A model generated the notes under the pieces. It made no database searches. It was not told where the DNA came from and was given only the letters and a program-made list of their open reading frames with translations. A stretch of 64,000 nucleotides of DNA. It comes from Glaucostegus cemiculus. Taxonomy: Eukaryota. This document shows positions 39,686 to 53,084 of the stretch, in pieces (position 1 is the stretch's first letter; each line of letters starts with the position of its first letter). The translations under genes and the position numbers were made by a program. Location: assembly GCA_976551045.1 (NCBI GenBank), contig CDPCPM010000274.1, positions 248,001 to 312,000 of the forward strand. Reading direction: 5' to 3'.

Positions 39686-40300
39686 CTGTTAAGTGAAGTA
39701 ATGATAACAACAATGAAAAAACAAACAAACACGTTATGCACCACTTTGTAGACGTGACCACCTGATAAAAGTATGCTGTGTTTATTCCGTGGTAAATGAT
39801 TGGCAATGTATCATACCAGTTGAGTGATAATGAACAGCAGATCAAGGAGCAGAAAAGAAATCTCATGGAATTGTTTCGCACAAACCCATTCGGTTCATTT
39901 TAATATTAAAACAAGTTTAGCTTTATTACAGTTTCGCAGAGAACTCTGGCTTGCTTAATTGCACAGTCATCTTATTCCTGGTTTCCACACCTGCAACATC
40001 AAAGTAAAAAAAAAAAAATACAGGAGATCAGATGTCAGCGTATCCGACAACAGCATCCACTGGTGAACTTAATGCTGATTCCTACAGCACTTCACATCTG
40101 GGCAGAACGGAGCTTTCGGGAGCAATTCGTATTTACCCCATTAGCGTGGCACCAGGGACGGAGTAATCTTGAATAGAAGCGTACCTTCAGGTAACGGTCT
40201 TTGTTTTTATTTTAAAAAATGATTTGATTGATTTGATGAACAAAGTTGCTTTTAAACGAACGCATCTAATAACCTATTTATTTATTTATCCATTTATATA

Positions 40301-40852
40301 NNNNNNNNNNNNNNNNNNNNNNNNNNNNNNNNNNNNNNNNNNNNNNNNNNNNNNNNNNNNNNNNNNNNNNNNNNNNNNNNNNNNNNNNNNNNNNNNNNNN
40401 NNNNNNNNNNNNNNNNNNNNNNNNNNNNNNNNNNNNNNNNNNNNNNNNNNNNNNNNNNNNNNNNNNNNNNNNNNNNNNNNNNNNNNNNNNNNNNNNNNNN
40501 NNNNNNNNNNNNNNNNNNNNNNNNNNNNNNNNNNNNNNNNNNNNNNNNNNNNNNNNNNNNNNNNNNNNNNNNNNNNNNNNNNNNNNNNNNNNNNNNNNNN
40601 NNNNNNNNNNNNNNNNNNNNNNNNNNNNNNNNNNNNNNNNNNNNNNNNNNNNNNNNNNNNNNNNNNNNNNNNNNNNNNNNNNNNNNNNNNNNNNNNNNNN
40701 NNNNNNNNNNNNNNNNNNNNNNNNNNNNNNNNNNNNNNNNNNNNNNNNNNNNNNNNNNNNNNNNNNNNNNNNNNNNNNNNNNNNNNNNNNNNNNNNNNNN
40801 NNNNNNNNNNNNNNNNNNNNNNNNNNNNNNNNNNNNNNNNNNNNNNNNNNNN
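40301..40852. other. Assembly gap
   Basis: Run of N. Confidence 1.
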
Positions 40853-41369
40853 CTGTTCAACTGTATTTAAGTTTCTGATAATGACCTATTCTGTTAGCGA
40901 TCCTTTGAAATTTGTTCCCTGTTTGTCTCCAACGTCACACCATCACCAGCATCATCATCTGTTTACTGGAACGCCTACAGTGAGTACAGGCCTCAATCTG
41001 TCTCAACTTTGATTAAGTTTGCAAAATTATTGGGGGAGAGATTATTTAGACTGCGAATCTCTGAACACGGTCGATTAATCTGTTCAGTTCAATCCGAATA
41101 TAATACATCTTCTGAACACAGTTTCAGATGACTGACATTATAGATAGTTGTTCACGACTAGCACCAGGACAAGAACCATGCCATTAATTTCTCCGAATTC
41201 CATAGAATGCTTCCAGTTTTTTATGTAATAATTTTCTGATAAATGTGGACATATCCAAAGGGAACCTTCAAAGGACATTTCTTTTAAATTTTGCCTTGAA
41301 GATCAATGCCATCTGGACAAAATTCTAGTTCATATCAATATGTTTCCTGTATTATCGTGTCTACTAAGA

Positions 41370-42505
41370 ATTGTAACAGAGATGTTTCCAAGCCTTTTCT
41401 GTTTCACTTTTGATAAAGTAGGAATAGTGGATACACAAAACGGACATTTCCTGGAGCCGTTTATAATGTGCTGGTTAAAAGGTTAGCACGGAAAGAATGT
41501 TCATGATGTTGGCGGTAACGTATTAAACTGGATAGAAGGGAAGCTGTCTTAGAGACCATATGCAGTGGAATTAAAGTGTCTTTCTCTAGTTGGCAAGATG
41601 TCACATGTAATATTCCACAGATATCAGGTCTGGAGCCTCAGGACTATATAAATCGTCTGGATGATTAGACCAAAGACAGGGTCAAAATTTCCAATGACAT
41701 AAAAGTAGTTTAGAAAGTAAACTATGATGACATAAGGTCATATGTAAACTTGTTCAGTTCGTTGACCACTGTAATGTATGCAAATGTAAAATGGTCTTGT
41801 TTGATAGGAATTATAAAAAAAAATGTTTTTTAACGGGTGATTTGTTGCAGAACTCTGAGGTGCACATGGATCTAGGTACCAATAACATGATTCAATAAAG
41901 AATGAACAATAAATACTTATGAGAGATAAGAGATTATCATTGCTTGTTGTGAGCATTATTGAACTAAATGGAATGCGATGTCTCATTTAGTCCATTGGTA
42001 AGACCAGATATTCTGTATTACTCTAACAGCGACGAGTGATTTTCTTGGAAGAAGTTTACTCTTTTACCAGACTGATGCCTGGAGTGGGCTTGTTATCCTG
42101 GGGTTGTTCGCAAAGGTTATATTTTATTGATTGCAGTTTGGAAGGGATGACTTAATTATCTAAGTGTCTGATGGGTCTTGGCAGGTTGTATTGAAGAAAA
42201 TCCGTACTTTCATAGGAGAATTTTAATCTCTGGTAACTACGTTAGAAATAAAGTGTTGTCAATTTAAGATTGTAACGAAGCGATATTCTTTTCTCTTTTT
42301 TTACAGACACTCAAATGTTTGAAATGATCCTCATCTAATTGCAATAGAATCGTGTTTTTACAGATGATTCTTGATCAGCAATTGAATGAAAAGTAACGAC
42401 GGATATGAGGATATGTAGAATTGAATTTGCACTCATATCAGTTATAACCTTTTACATGAGGGAATTTCATCGAGTGGCAGTCGGCTCCTCTTGCTCATAT
42501 GGTAT
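41370..42505 (+). mobile_element. Highly degenerate CR1 LINE (RT to 3' end)
   Basis: ttccaag...tttgataaagta, gtcttctctagttggcaagatgtcac, ccattggtaagacc and CR1 3' UTR motifs in colinear order. Confidence 0.7.
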
Positions 42506-42591
42506 AACAATGGACATGCCTTTTATCACATTAACATGTAATCGTTGTGATTCTTTGTTGGTACCCCAATAACATACTTGGTTCGCATTAC

Positions 42592-42618
42592 CTCTCTGCT
42601 TTTCAAACATCTGATTTT
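42592..42618 (-). CDS. Microexon 11 (27 nt): ENQMFEKQR
   Basis: gttttctttgcttacag|AAAATCAGATGTTTGAAAAGCAGAGAG|gtaatg. Confidence 0.85.
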
Positions 42619-43006
42619 CTGTAAGCAAAGAAAACAATTATTTGATCAATGAAATCAAAGAATGAAAAAAAAAAGAAATCGATTGCTAAAACATGTGGTA
42701 CTTATTGTTTTCCTGAATACATACACGAAAAAACTGCAGTGGAAGAATGCATGGGACACTGAGAATCCAAAGAATGAAGCAGAACACCGAAAGACAGGCC
42801 GCAGGTCTGCTTTACGCATATTCTCACGAGATTATAAATATGGCAGGATCATAAAAAGTCGTGGTGGTCCAGAAAGTTTTGGGATACTCAGAGATAAATA
42901 GCAAATTAATACAAGGCTTATAACCCATATTTAGATTGCAATACATCACGGCTTACTAGGGTGAGTGGATATATAAATTTTACAGATATGTACCACAGTC
43001 TCAAAC

Positions 43007-43547
43007 TGTCACCTTGTTGATTGAAGATCAAGATCACAGAGAACCCAAATGCGGCACACTGGTTCAAGACTGGAGTCAGGATACATCCTCAGGACCGGAC
43101 ACAGGCAACATTGGAAGGAAATCTTGCCTCGGAGATCTGAGTGGTAATCCTAACACAAACTAAATCTTCAAGCAAGACTAGAGAACACACACTGGTACAA
43201 GACTGGAGTCAGGATCCTTCCTCAGGACCGGACACAGGCAACACTGGAAAGAAATCTTGCCTCGGTGATCTGAGTAGTAATCCCAACACAAACTGAATCT
43301 TCAAGCAGGACTAGAGAACGCAGGACTGCTCTAGAGTAGACCACTCTAAGCAGCTAGGAGCCAAAGTATACCCGAAGGTTGACCAATCCTCTGGAAACTG
43401 GTGCTGGAGAATCCTAGGTACTTATGCTAGGCCCCTGATGGGGCTCAGGTGTGTGTCATTATGCAATCAGTCCAGCACGAAATCCATGTGCTGGACAACG
43501 AGGCATCTAAGGAACCAAATCAAGGGCCAGTACTCAGAATCATGACA
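43007..43547. mobile_element. Solo LTR (541 bp), family 1, 5-bp TSD CAAAC, with internal ~130-bp tandem duplication
   Basis: TGTCA...TGACA termini; CAAAC at 43002-43006 and 43548-43552; block cacactgg..gactagagaac present twice. Confidence 0.92.
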
Positions 43548-44869
43548 CAAACTCGTTTACGGACTGGAAATAATATATTTCATTATGCAGAATAAAACAA
43601 GACCAGCTGAAACTCGTTGACAATTTTGTGCACATTGAATTTCGTGGCCTGGGAGGCATTGCTTAGAAGCTTGCTTAGTAAGTTACGAACTATATAAACA
43701 GTGCCTTTCGACATTTATATCTGTAATAGAATTACTGGAATAAAGTGGCAACTCTATCCAGGAAACAACGTGCAATTGATGAGATCTATGTCCTCATATG
43801 CTTTATTGCATTGGACTGTAATATTAGTGCCATTTCGAAAGTGCATCGTATCACGCTTTAGCAAAGCTTATTTTTATGCTGATATCAATGATCTAATTTT
43901 TGATTTTTGTCAAAACTATATTATCGTTTGGCCGCCTGCAGTCACAACGCAATATTGTTGCACATAATGACAAGTAGAATCGAACGGATTCGAAGTAATT
44001 CAGTAAACTGGACACTGCTGTGAAAACAGAGAACGAATTAATTCTAGATAAGTTCTTGCAAGATGCACAACTAAATGTGAACCGGTATAAAAGGAGCAAA
44101 CGAGTTAATATTGCCTCGTGTCTTGCTGTTTCCAAATTTAACTTATTGACCGTAATATACTATTTTCATTGTGCTTGATTATTTCAGTCTGTTATTATCT
44201 ATCGCCATGCACAAAACTATTTTGATTGATAGAAACATTACAATACAAAAGTCTAACTGTTCATTATTATATACGGATGAGAGTAATACTAAATGTCTGG
44301 TAGAAGAACGCATTTAGCTTGAACTGCCGAATCGAAAATGTATCTTCGTTTTTTATTCTTGAGATTTCCATTGTGACATAATCCGCTCTCCCAGCATTTC
44401 CATTGATTTCAAGTGCATCAACAAACGGTTGGCATCACTGGGTACAGCAAAGATGACAGGACCAGAAGAAAAAATCAATTTTATTACTGAATACACTTTC
44501 ACTACACAACGTCTGCAAAGCTGTGGGAAAACTGTGACAAAACTGAAAGGGACCCAAATTGGAAATTGCACGAATTAGTTCAATTCACAAAAATGAAAAA
44601 GCTAATTAGTCCTGTTACCGTTCATTTAGTCCACTGTCGTTTATTATAAAAAAATGATGGACTCTTATCCTTAAGAAAGAAACCACTTTGTCATCAATCA
44701 CAAACTCAGATGTGTGCTGTTTGGGAATATCAGGACCAGATCTTTGACATTCTTGGTTCTAAATTTTATTTCAGAGCTGAATTCCAGGGGTGACTATTCT
44801 TCACATGAAAACAGGACTTTGCTGAGTATCACAGCAAAGCTCCCGGGTAAGATGAAAACAATGAGCACG

Positions 44870-45800
44870 AAATGGGAAAGAAAAATACGTTGATTGGAGG
44901 TTAACCATCGCATAAGGAAATGGTTGTGGTTATTGGTGTTCGATTATCCGAGCCAAATCGAATCACTGTAAGAGTTTTTCAGAGTATCGCCCCTCGTCTA
45001 ATCCATCTTTAACTGCTTCATTCGTCACTTGCTTTTCATCTTGTCGCAAGTGATTGTCCAACGTTCAATTCCATTTGCTCTTCCTAAGTGAATGCCGCCA
45101 CACACGCTGACAGGCAGCAGGACTGCATAACAGCCCTGCACAGGTATATTAGTGATAAGTAATATTTACAACAATGTCAGGCAATAACCAACAAGAAAAA
45201 ACATAATAATTGAACTTAAACATCGAATGTCCATCCAGATTAATATCCAGAGCAGCAATATTGAATACGAGTACAACTAATACATTCACATCAATGCCAC
45301 TGCTACCACAACAGGCCACAGATTTGATATCCTGTGGCGAATGACTCCTTTACTGATGCTCCAACATATTTCTGTCCTAAACAATTCACAGGTCAGGAGA
45401 GAAGTAAAATGTTTCCCATCCTCATCCTCAGGTTAGCATAGCTCCGAAAATTCTTAAGAGACTCGGCAGTAGATAGGACAAGGAAGCTGGCTTGATGCCG
45501 TCTAATAATAAGCCTGAACATTAATTCCTCCAACTCCAGCAAACAATGTTGGCAACGAGTGACATCTGCAAAAGGACTTACAGATCCTCACTCAGACTAC
45601 TCCGTCAGCAAATTACAAACACGTGATCTGTACCAACAAGAATGGCTCTGTCTGCATATCTGTAGGAAGACGACTACTTGCATATTCTGCGTCAAGTTAC
45701 ACACCATTCGGATTTTTGGAAAAAAATACATTGCCTGCCCTCCATCGTTGCCGCATCTAAATCCTGGAGCATTGCACTGAATAGCCACATGGGTGTATCT
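44870..45800 (+). mobile_element. Degenerate LINE RT/3' fragment related to 1920-3110
   Basis: tggagg..aaggaaatggttgtggttattggtg...ccatctttaactgcttcatt resembles the reverse complement of the 2150-2260 region. Confidence 0.55.
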
Positions 45801-45930
45801 GTATTGCTGCAAGAAATACAGCTGCTCAAGGGCTAGGCACACCATGAAAAAAGATGATAAACTACATTCTCAAAAATGAGGACAATTATTTGGCACTGCG
45901 GACACCAGAAAGACATAACGATCTATTTAC

Positions 45931-45954
45931 CTCTTTCTTGATATTTGTTCAGTT
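45931..45954 (-). CDS. Microexon 10 (24 nt): ELNKYQER
   Basis: tcaatttatctttccag|AACTGAACAAATATCAAGAAAGAG|gtaaat. Confidence 0.83.
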
Positions 45955-48162
45955 CTGGAAAGATAAATTGAGTATCGTTAATGCGAGTGTTACATTTTAT
46001 TTAATTATTATTCAACAAATTTGAAGCAATTAAGTGGTTTTTTTGAAGTTAGAAGCATTAATGCAGAGAGAATCGACGCATTCTATTGGATCAGCCCAAT
46101 CACAGCTGCAGCTCAGATCCGCCCCATTGTCTCCACAATGGCATGATTCACACTCGTGGCCAATAAAGCTGAATAGGTCAGCAAGCAATCTGCTGGAGGA
46201 ACTTTGCAGTTCGAGCAGCATTTGCGAGAGAAGCGGAATTGCTTTTCAGATCGAAACCCAAAATCAGAACGTCCTGTTTTCATATTTCGGTTTTGTTCAA
46301 GGTTTTTGATTTTTTGTTGTGTAGTCTTATGACCAGAAATACTTTGAAAATGAGACCCTTCGTCCAACAATTTAATGAAACACACTGAAATATAATAGAA
46401 ACCCACTTGATTGATTAAGCAAAGTAAAGATAAATATAACTAAGAAAAAGTCAAAATGTAAACTTGCACTAAGGAAGAGTGGTTCATTTAATTTGGTTGG
46501 TTTCATGATAAACAGAATGTCTGTAGATTTCACAAAACTAGGGGGTCCACTGCAAGTTCCACCAGCATATCCCAATGTATCATCAAGTAAAGTGACTGAC
46601 GAAGCAGGAGATCAGATGCCCCAGCATTCGATCTCCACACAGATTCTGACTTCCTTGTTGCCACGGACATGCCTTCTGAAAATTCGCCTGAAATAGCAGG
46701 ATTCGGCCTATTAGCGATATACATATTCAATGAGCTACAAAAGAAAGCATGGGTTGTAAACGTTTTGAGCTGCTGAGATAAAACGTGCAGCTCTCTTCCA
46801 AAACATTTTTATCCAGTAAGGAGATCAATCAAAATCAATAGCTGATGTACTGCATGGAAGAGAAAGCATAATGTGCTTGTGAAACGGAGAACATTTCTAG
46901 AAGTAAGTGGAATTATTGCTAAAAGGTGTGCAACACTCTCACTTCCCCATTCCAGGCAACTGAAGCAAAGAAAAGTTATTCGCAGGGCATTGATGGAAAA
47001 TACACAATTAGATATTGCTAATTTTGTGGAATACAGTGAAATATTATTGCACGACTAACATTTTAGGGCAGAATTTTCGAAGCTGCGTCGGGACATATAA
47101 GATCATGAACTCACATAAATGAAACAATATCTACTCATATGCTGCCGAGGTAAAAGTAATGCATGGTCCAATTCGACATCCATTGTTGAAATGGAAGAAA
47201 ACATTATAGAACTTAACAACTCTACGTGTATCTCGAAGAAGTTATCAGTATTTATATGAATAGTGACAAAATTTTAATTTTGTTAAGTATGTGGTCCTTC
47301 CGCAGTGCTTTGCATTGCTCGCCAGAATTTCCACATTATCTATTTGAAGAACATGAATTAAAAAGAAAGAAATTGACAATTAAAAAAAAATCAGACTGGA
47401 AGTTAAATTCTTCAAAATACCCTATGTAAATTTATCATTGGAAAACGGAGATTTAAAAAGGAATCACAGCAGACTATTTATTTAATTGCAATTCATCCGT
47501 CTATCAATTCATCCATTGGTGCGTCCCACCTTGAACGCTTGCACCCGTCAATCTAGCCAAACACGCACCCATCCTTCTGTGCGTCTCCTCACTCTCTATC
47601 TCTGTATATCTATCTGTCTATCTCTCTGTCTGTCTATCTGTCTGATATGTATCTGTCAATGGTTCAACCCTGTCTGTCTGTATATCAACACAAAGCATAA
47701 CTGAAGTACAGTTAACATTTATTTCAGATTTAGATTTTGATAAATGAATTACCAGATTTTATGCACCAAGCATTATATATTAATCACTACCCCAGATGAA
47801 TCACAATGTACGGAAGTGCATCGCATATCAGTTTTCCAAGATTTCTGTTTAGTGCGCCAAGACCAACTGAATATCAAGGCAGGCACATCAGCAGATACTG
47901 TAATATAACTTGTTTTACACCGCAAGTGGACATAAATAGGATTACTTCCTGCATTGAGGTTTAATGTCTGGGTTGGAAGTAACAACTTATTCTCACAGTT
48001 CTACCAATCCCCCCAAATATTACTGCATTTAAAGTTTTTAAAGGTAATAGCATTGCCTTCCTACTCAGCGTAGCTTTAGAATTTGTAGCACACGCTGATT
48101 TGATCACAACAATGTAGAAAAAGAAGGTCCAAGGGATGCATGCAGTTGTCACCGACTCTTAC

Positions 48163-48189
48163 CATTCATTTTCTCTTTCAACTGGTCTT
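48163..48189 (-). CDS. Microexon 9 (27 nt): EDQLKEKMN (module exon D)
   Basis: ttctctttgtttacgcag|AAGACCAGTTGAAAGAGAAAATGAATG|gtaaga. Confidence 0.87.
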
Positions 48190-48599
48190 CTGCGTAAACA
48201 AAGAGAAGGAGAATGATATTTAAAGAGACAATCCCCAGATTGTATCAAGGCAGGTTAGAATTTAATTTTCGGCTGCGTCAAAGTGGACAGAATTGCACAG
48301 CCGGCCGAACTCTGCTGAGCACCATTTTTGCTTTCTGCCTAATTTCCCGGTTTTATAGCTATTGGAGAAGTAGGTAGCTCAGTGTGAGGGAAGTTTAAAC
48401 TTTAGATTTAGAATTAAGTTTTCGCGCTGATAAAATCGATGGAACTGAAAATGAGATGATGTATAATTTGGAAGATGTATAAAACTATCAAATTTATTGT
48501 GAGTAATATCATACAACGTGAACATAAATTTTGAAATGCCATTGTCACTCCACTTTAGTCTCAGTCTGGCACTTGTATGGTCAATAGAAATGCTACACT

Positions 48600-49510
48600 T
48601 TTGCAAGCCTTCTATAAATCTTCGTCGTTGGTTTGGGATTAGGACTTCGTTGGCAAAGCCAAATTAATTGTCCGTCCCTACTTGGGTTTAGGTACGTGGT
48701 ATTGTGTTCCCTTCTTAAAGGACTGTAGTAATAATGGTGGATGTACTCTCTAAATACAGTTGACGAGGAAGTTTCACAATTTGCATTCAGCGAACTCGAT
48801 GGAATGTTGATGTACGCCCAAGTCAGGATGGCCAGAAAGAGGTTATGTAGGTAATAGTGTCTGGTGTACATGATGAGATTGATTTCATTCACGGCGGAGG
48901 CCGAGAGTTAGGGAGGTATTGTCTAAACAGTCTAGGTGAATGTTACACATTTCTATCGTTATGCACTGACTCTCTATGAAAAATATTGTTTAGGACGCAT
49001 AACCGTATAACAACGAAATGGTTTGATTTGTCTTAGCTGGTTGATCTTCTTGAGGGTTGTTGCAACAGTACTCATTCAACTCAATGGCGGTTATCCCATC
49101 ATATTCATGGCGTGTTCCTTGTGGTAGAAAAGTTCTCGGTGCCAGGAGGATAGCTACTTACCACGAGATACCGAACCTATGATTTTTTTTTGGCCATTGT
49201 GTTGATGCGGTTGGTCCCGTTGTCCTTCAGGTCAATGGCAATCCACAGGATTTAGAAGTGAGTTCCTCAGCGATGGCCTGTTCTATTGAATGCCAAAGGT
49301 TGCTGTATAAGCTCTATCATGTTGGACGACCTCCTGACACCTTTATGGTGCAAATTCCATTTGCCATTTATCAGTCAGGTTTCTGTGGTTTCTGGACGTT
49401 GCTGCATTTGGACATGGACTGTTTCGTTTGCTGAAGATTTACGAGTGGAATTGAACGTGATTGAAATATCGTCATCTCTGAACCTTAAGAGGGAAGGACG
49501 GTCATTTCTT
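48600..49510 (-). mobile_element. Degenerate LINE, same family as 1920-3110
   Basis: tctggacgttgctgcatttggacatggactgtttcgtttgctgaag parallels 2040-2100. Confidence 0.6.
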
Positions 49511-49632
49511 ATGCAGAATAAGACACAACACCCGCAGTTATGTAATGCTGTTCTGGTGATAAACCTCCGGCAAACGCAACTACATTTCTTGGTTCAATTC
49601 ATCAGGTTCTAAAGAATGTTAACACTTAATGT

Positions 49633-49975
49633 TATTGGTATTGGTATTGGTTTATTATTGTCACTTGTGCCCAGGTACAATGAAAAGCCTGTCTTACAAA
49701 CCGATCATGCAGGTCAATTCATTACACAGAGCAGTTGCATTGTTAGTAGAAAGTGCATTGACCTAGTACAGTAAAAACAGTAATAGTACAGAATAAAATG
49801 ACACAGCTACAGAGAAAGTGAAGGCAATAAGGTACAAGGTCACACAAGGTAGAAAGGAATGTCATAGACATCTCATTCTATGAGGGAACCGTTCAATAGC
49901 CTTATCACAGTGGGGAAGAAGCTGTCCTTAAGTCTGGTGGTACGTGCCGTCAGGCATCTGTATCTTCTATCCGAT
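49633..49975 (-). mobile_element. LINE 3' end with (TATTGG)n tail, truncated by SINE
   Basis: tattggtattggtattggtttattattgtcac...cacagtggggaagaagctgtcc. Confidence 0.6.
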
Positions 49976-49979
49976 TGAA

Positions 49980-50254
49980 GAGTGTTGCGGTTCGAGTAAT
50001 GTTATTACAGCGCCAGCCATCCGGGTTCAGTTCCGGCCGCTGTGCATAAGGAGTTTGTACGTTCTCCCCGTGTCTGCGTGTGTTTCCTCCGGGTATTCCG
50101 GTTTGCTCCCACGTTCCAAAGAGGCACGGGTTAGGAAGTTGTGGGCATGCTATGTTGGCGCCGGAAGCGTAGCGACACTTGTGGGCCGCTCCCAGAACAA
50201 TCTACGCAACATATACATTTCTCTGTGTTTTTCGATGCACATGTGACTAATAAC

Positions 50255-50256
<2 letters not shown>
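49980..50256 (+). mobile_element. tRNA-derived V-SINE, same subfamily as 15384
   Basis: Colinear similarity to 15384-15679, ending at a (CT)n microsatellite. Confidence 0.88.
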
Positions 50257-50309
<53 letters not shown>

Positions 50310-50348
50310 ATCTATCTATCTACCTACCTACCTACCTACCTACCTATC
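50257..50348. repeat. Compound (CT)n-(CTAT)n-(CTAC)n microsatellite
   Basis: Directly visible at the SINE tail. Confidence 0.92.
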
Positions 50349-51387
50349 CATCACTTTCTTGTCCACATGAAATAACATAACCCTGTATGCATGTTCAAAG
50401 CTGTTAATAAGATCTAAGCCGCATATCATTCTGCTGGTTTGGTGTTCACCTCAATTTAAAGCGGTGGGCATAATTAGAACTTTGCGTGAGGATGGAAACT
50501 TGCAAAGTAAATAGAGGGAATGAGTTGGACAGAGGTTATAATGATAACAAGTCCATACAATCGACAGCCAAAAAAATCATGTTATGCTGTTTATAAAACT
50601 ATTTTACATTGGAGGTTACCAAGATATGAGCAATTTCGTTGCTCGCCTCAGTAGTTAAATGTAGTCCAAGTACTCCATTATGTGCTAATTCATCTCAAAT
50701 CTTTATCTTCTATGTCGTTAATTGAATTACTTTCTTTAAAATTTCAGTCTCCATAGAATCACTGTCTCCGGCACGGAAGCAAAATTGGAGCTAATTTACA
50801 ATGGATAAGGAGATCATTGAATTTGTTTGGCGTTGTAAGAAAACCGGAAATCATTTCAAAATTAATTACCAAATATTGTTTGTATATTACTAATTTGACG
50901 GCAGTCATGTTTATTCAAGTGTATTTTCAAAGATGATTTTAAATTAGTTAAATTATCTCAATAATCAATTGTAGGTTAAGTCACTGAAAGGAACTAATAG
51001 AGTTAGAATCCAAAATAGATTCCACGAAGCAAATTAGCAATTACTATGGGACTGTCAAAAGGAACATTCACCTCAGTTACCGAAGAATTCCAGGGCTTTA
51101 AATTGGTAGTTTCCTTGCAGTGATCTGTTTTCAGGTAACACGTCCTTTGACATTTTGCCCTGACAGTGAATGTTCAGGTGGAAGATCCTAGCTATTCTTT
51201 ATAGAGTTAACTTTGAGGGAAGACATTTGTATTCATCCTGAGCATTACATTGTTATTCTATTGTCGTTCTTAATTAGGCTCACGTCTTCCATTGCGATCT
51301 TATAGTGATATTATCCTGCCGTTCAAGACCATAATCAAACTGTGGTAGTGGACACGACACAAGGCTATTAAAGTAATTTGCGCCTAC

Positions 51388-51414
51388 CTAAATTTTCACG
51401 TACTCTCTCGAGAT
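51388..51414 (-). CDS. Microexon 8 (27 nt): DLERVRENL (module exon C)
   Basis: cctgtgctttcttttag|ATCTCGAGAGAGTACGTGAAAATTTAG|gtaggc. Confidence 0.83.
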   Translation of the reverse strand: MSREYVKI

Positions 51415-53060
51415 CTAAAAGAAAGCACAGGGAAAATCGTCTTAATCTCAGAACAAATTTATACCTTAAGTTAATAAGAACAATGCAGTAGACAATATTT
51501 CTTTTCAAATTATAGCTTTATTGATACCGACCCTCAAATATCATGTTATTATCTCTGCCGAATGTAATGTGTTTTCTCTGTAAAACGCGGTCTTCGAGAC
51601 GTATGAAGGAAATATATATGTTACTGTAAAGTCAAAGAGCAGGATATGTGTCAATGGGAGCATCTAAATAATGGCCTGTTGTTACTCTTTTCTTGGGAGT
51701 GGCTTTAACCTGAAGATCCTAATTCCTGCCTCCCACTCCGTGGCTGGATCATTTACCTTGGCAGGAACACCGAGTACCGAACAACCCAATCTTATGTTGA
51801 CCCAGCGCTAAGAGACTGCAGCTTCGTCAATATCCATGTGTAATATAGACGTGTTATTTTATTTCCTCCTTGCGCATTCCTTTGCAGAATGTTTTGCTAC
51901 CCTTAATGTGAAAAATAATGGATTTATGTTCAGCTCGTTTTCTTACTTCGCGATCCAAGGGACGGAACTGGTACTCTAAACTCTGCACAACATAACCCCA
52001 ATCACATCTTCGCCAAATTTCCACTGCACTGACGGACAGCTTCCGTCTATTTGATTATCCTTTCTTTTGAATAACTCTTGTGAATAACCATAATGAGGCT
52101 GATACTCAGAACCAGCCATCTCTTCACATTCAATCAACAAATTCCATTTTGTTCTTTACAACTGATCTGACCAACCTTAAGGTGTTTCGAGCTGTCATAA
52201 TCATTATAATTCCATCAGCTGAATGGATCAAGCCAGCATTTTAAGGCTTTGGTGCAAATCCCCTCGGCACTAGTAAGCAATTACCTAGAGGCAGTTTAAG
52301 TCAGACGTTGATGATTGAATCCACGCCTGTCTTCTTAAACTGAAAGTGGTAGTAGTAATCGGTTTTTCAATTTATTTCAGACAGCAGAGGGAGATCGCAG
52401 ACAGAATTTAGGCTCTGACATGAACGACTTCTTCACAATGATGAAGCAAATCATCTGCCCAGGATTGCAAGGATCAGTTTGGTTAGATTGCTAAATTGAA
52501 GTCAATACCTGCTGTTAGTAAGTTCACTATTTCGAGTGAAACTGGAAGGACATAGGTGCAGCATCACTGGAAATGACCGTGTGATTAGAAGTTGCAGATC
52601 ATGAAAATATTCATCATTGACGTACTCTTTTCCGCTCACCATTGATCTGCAGGTCTGTGCTTCATACTGGGATAGCTAATATATGGCAGATTTCGAAATG
52701 ACAGCTGAGAACGCAAGTAAACAAAGACAAATTCACCTCTTCAGCCAATCAAACGCTCTTAGTGTCCGTTTTCAGAACTAGCAATTCCATCATAGAGGAC
52801 CAATTAGATACAGAACCAGCAATTGACCTAGTCACGTTAGATAGAGAGGGAACATAGATTATGTTTTCCCCATTCATTCAAATATTAAGGATAGTTTTTA
52901 TTTTAAATTACATGAGATAAACACATGAAAATACATATGCCAAGGTGTCATTTCCGAAGATCCTGAAATAAATGTTCACTCTATGCTGGAACTCTTGTTA
53001 TTCAGGCAATTTACTTTAAGTTGAATCTATACTGTTCGAAGAAAATTATCAAGATATTAC

Positions 53061-53084
53061 CTTTTACTTGAGCAACTTTGTTAA
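53061..53084 (-). CDS. Microexon 7 (24 nt): INKVAQVK (module exon B)
   Basis: gtatttgtttattttag|TTAACAAAGTTGCTCAAGTAAAAG|gtaata. Confidence 0.82.

Noticed and set aside
11458-43547. Single full-length LTR retrotransposon bounded by the two related LTRs
   Set aside because: Each LTR has its own distinct TSD, and no gag/pol lies between them.
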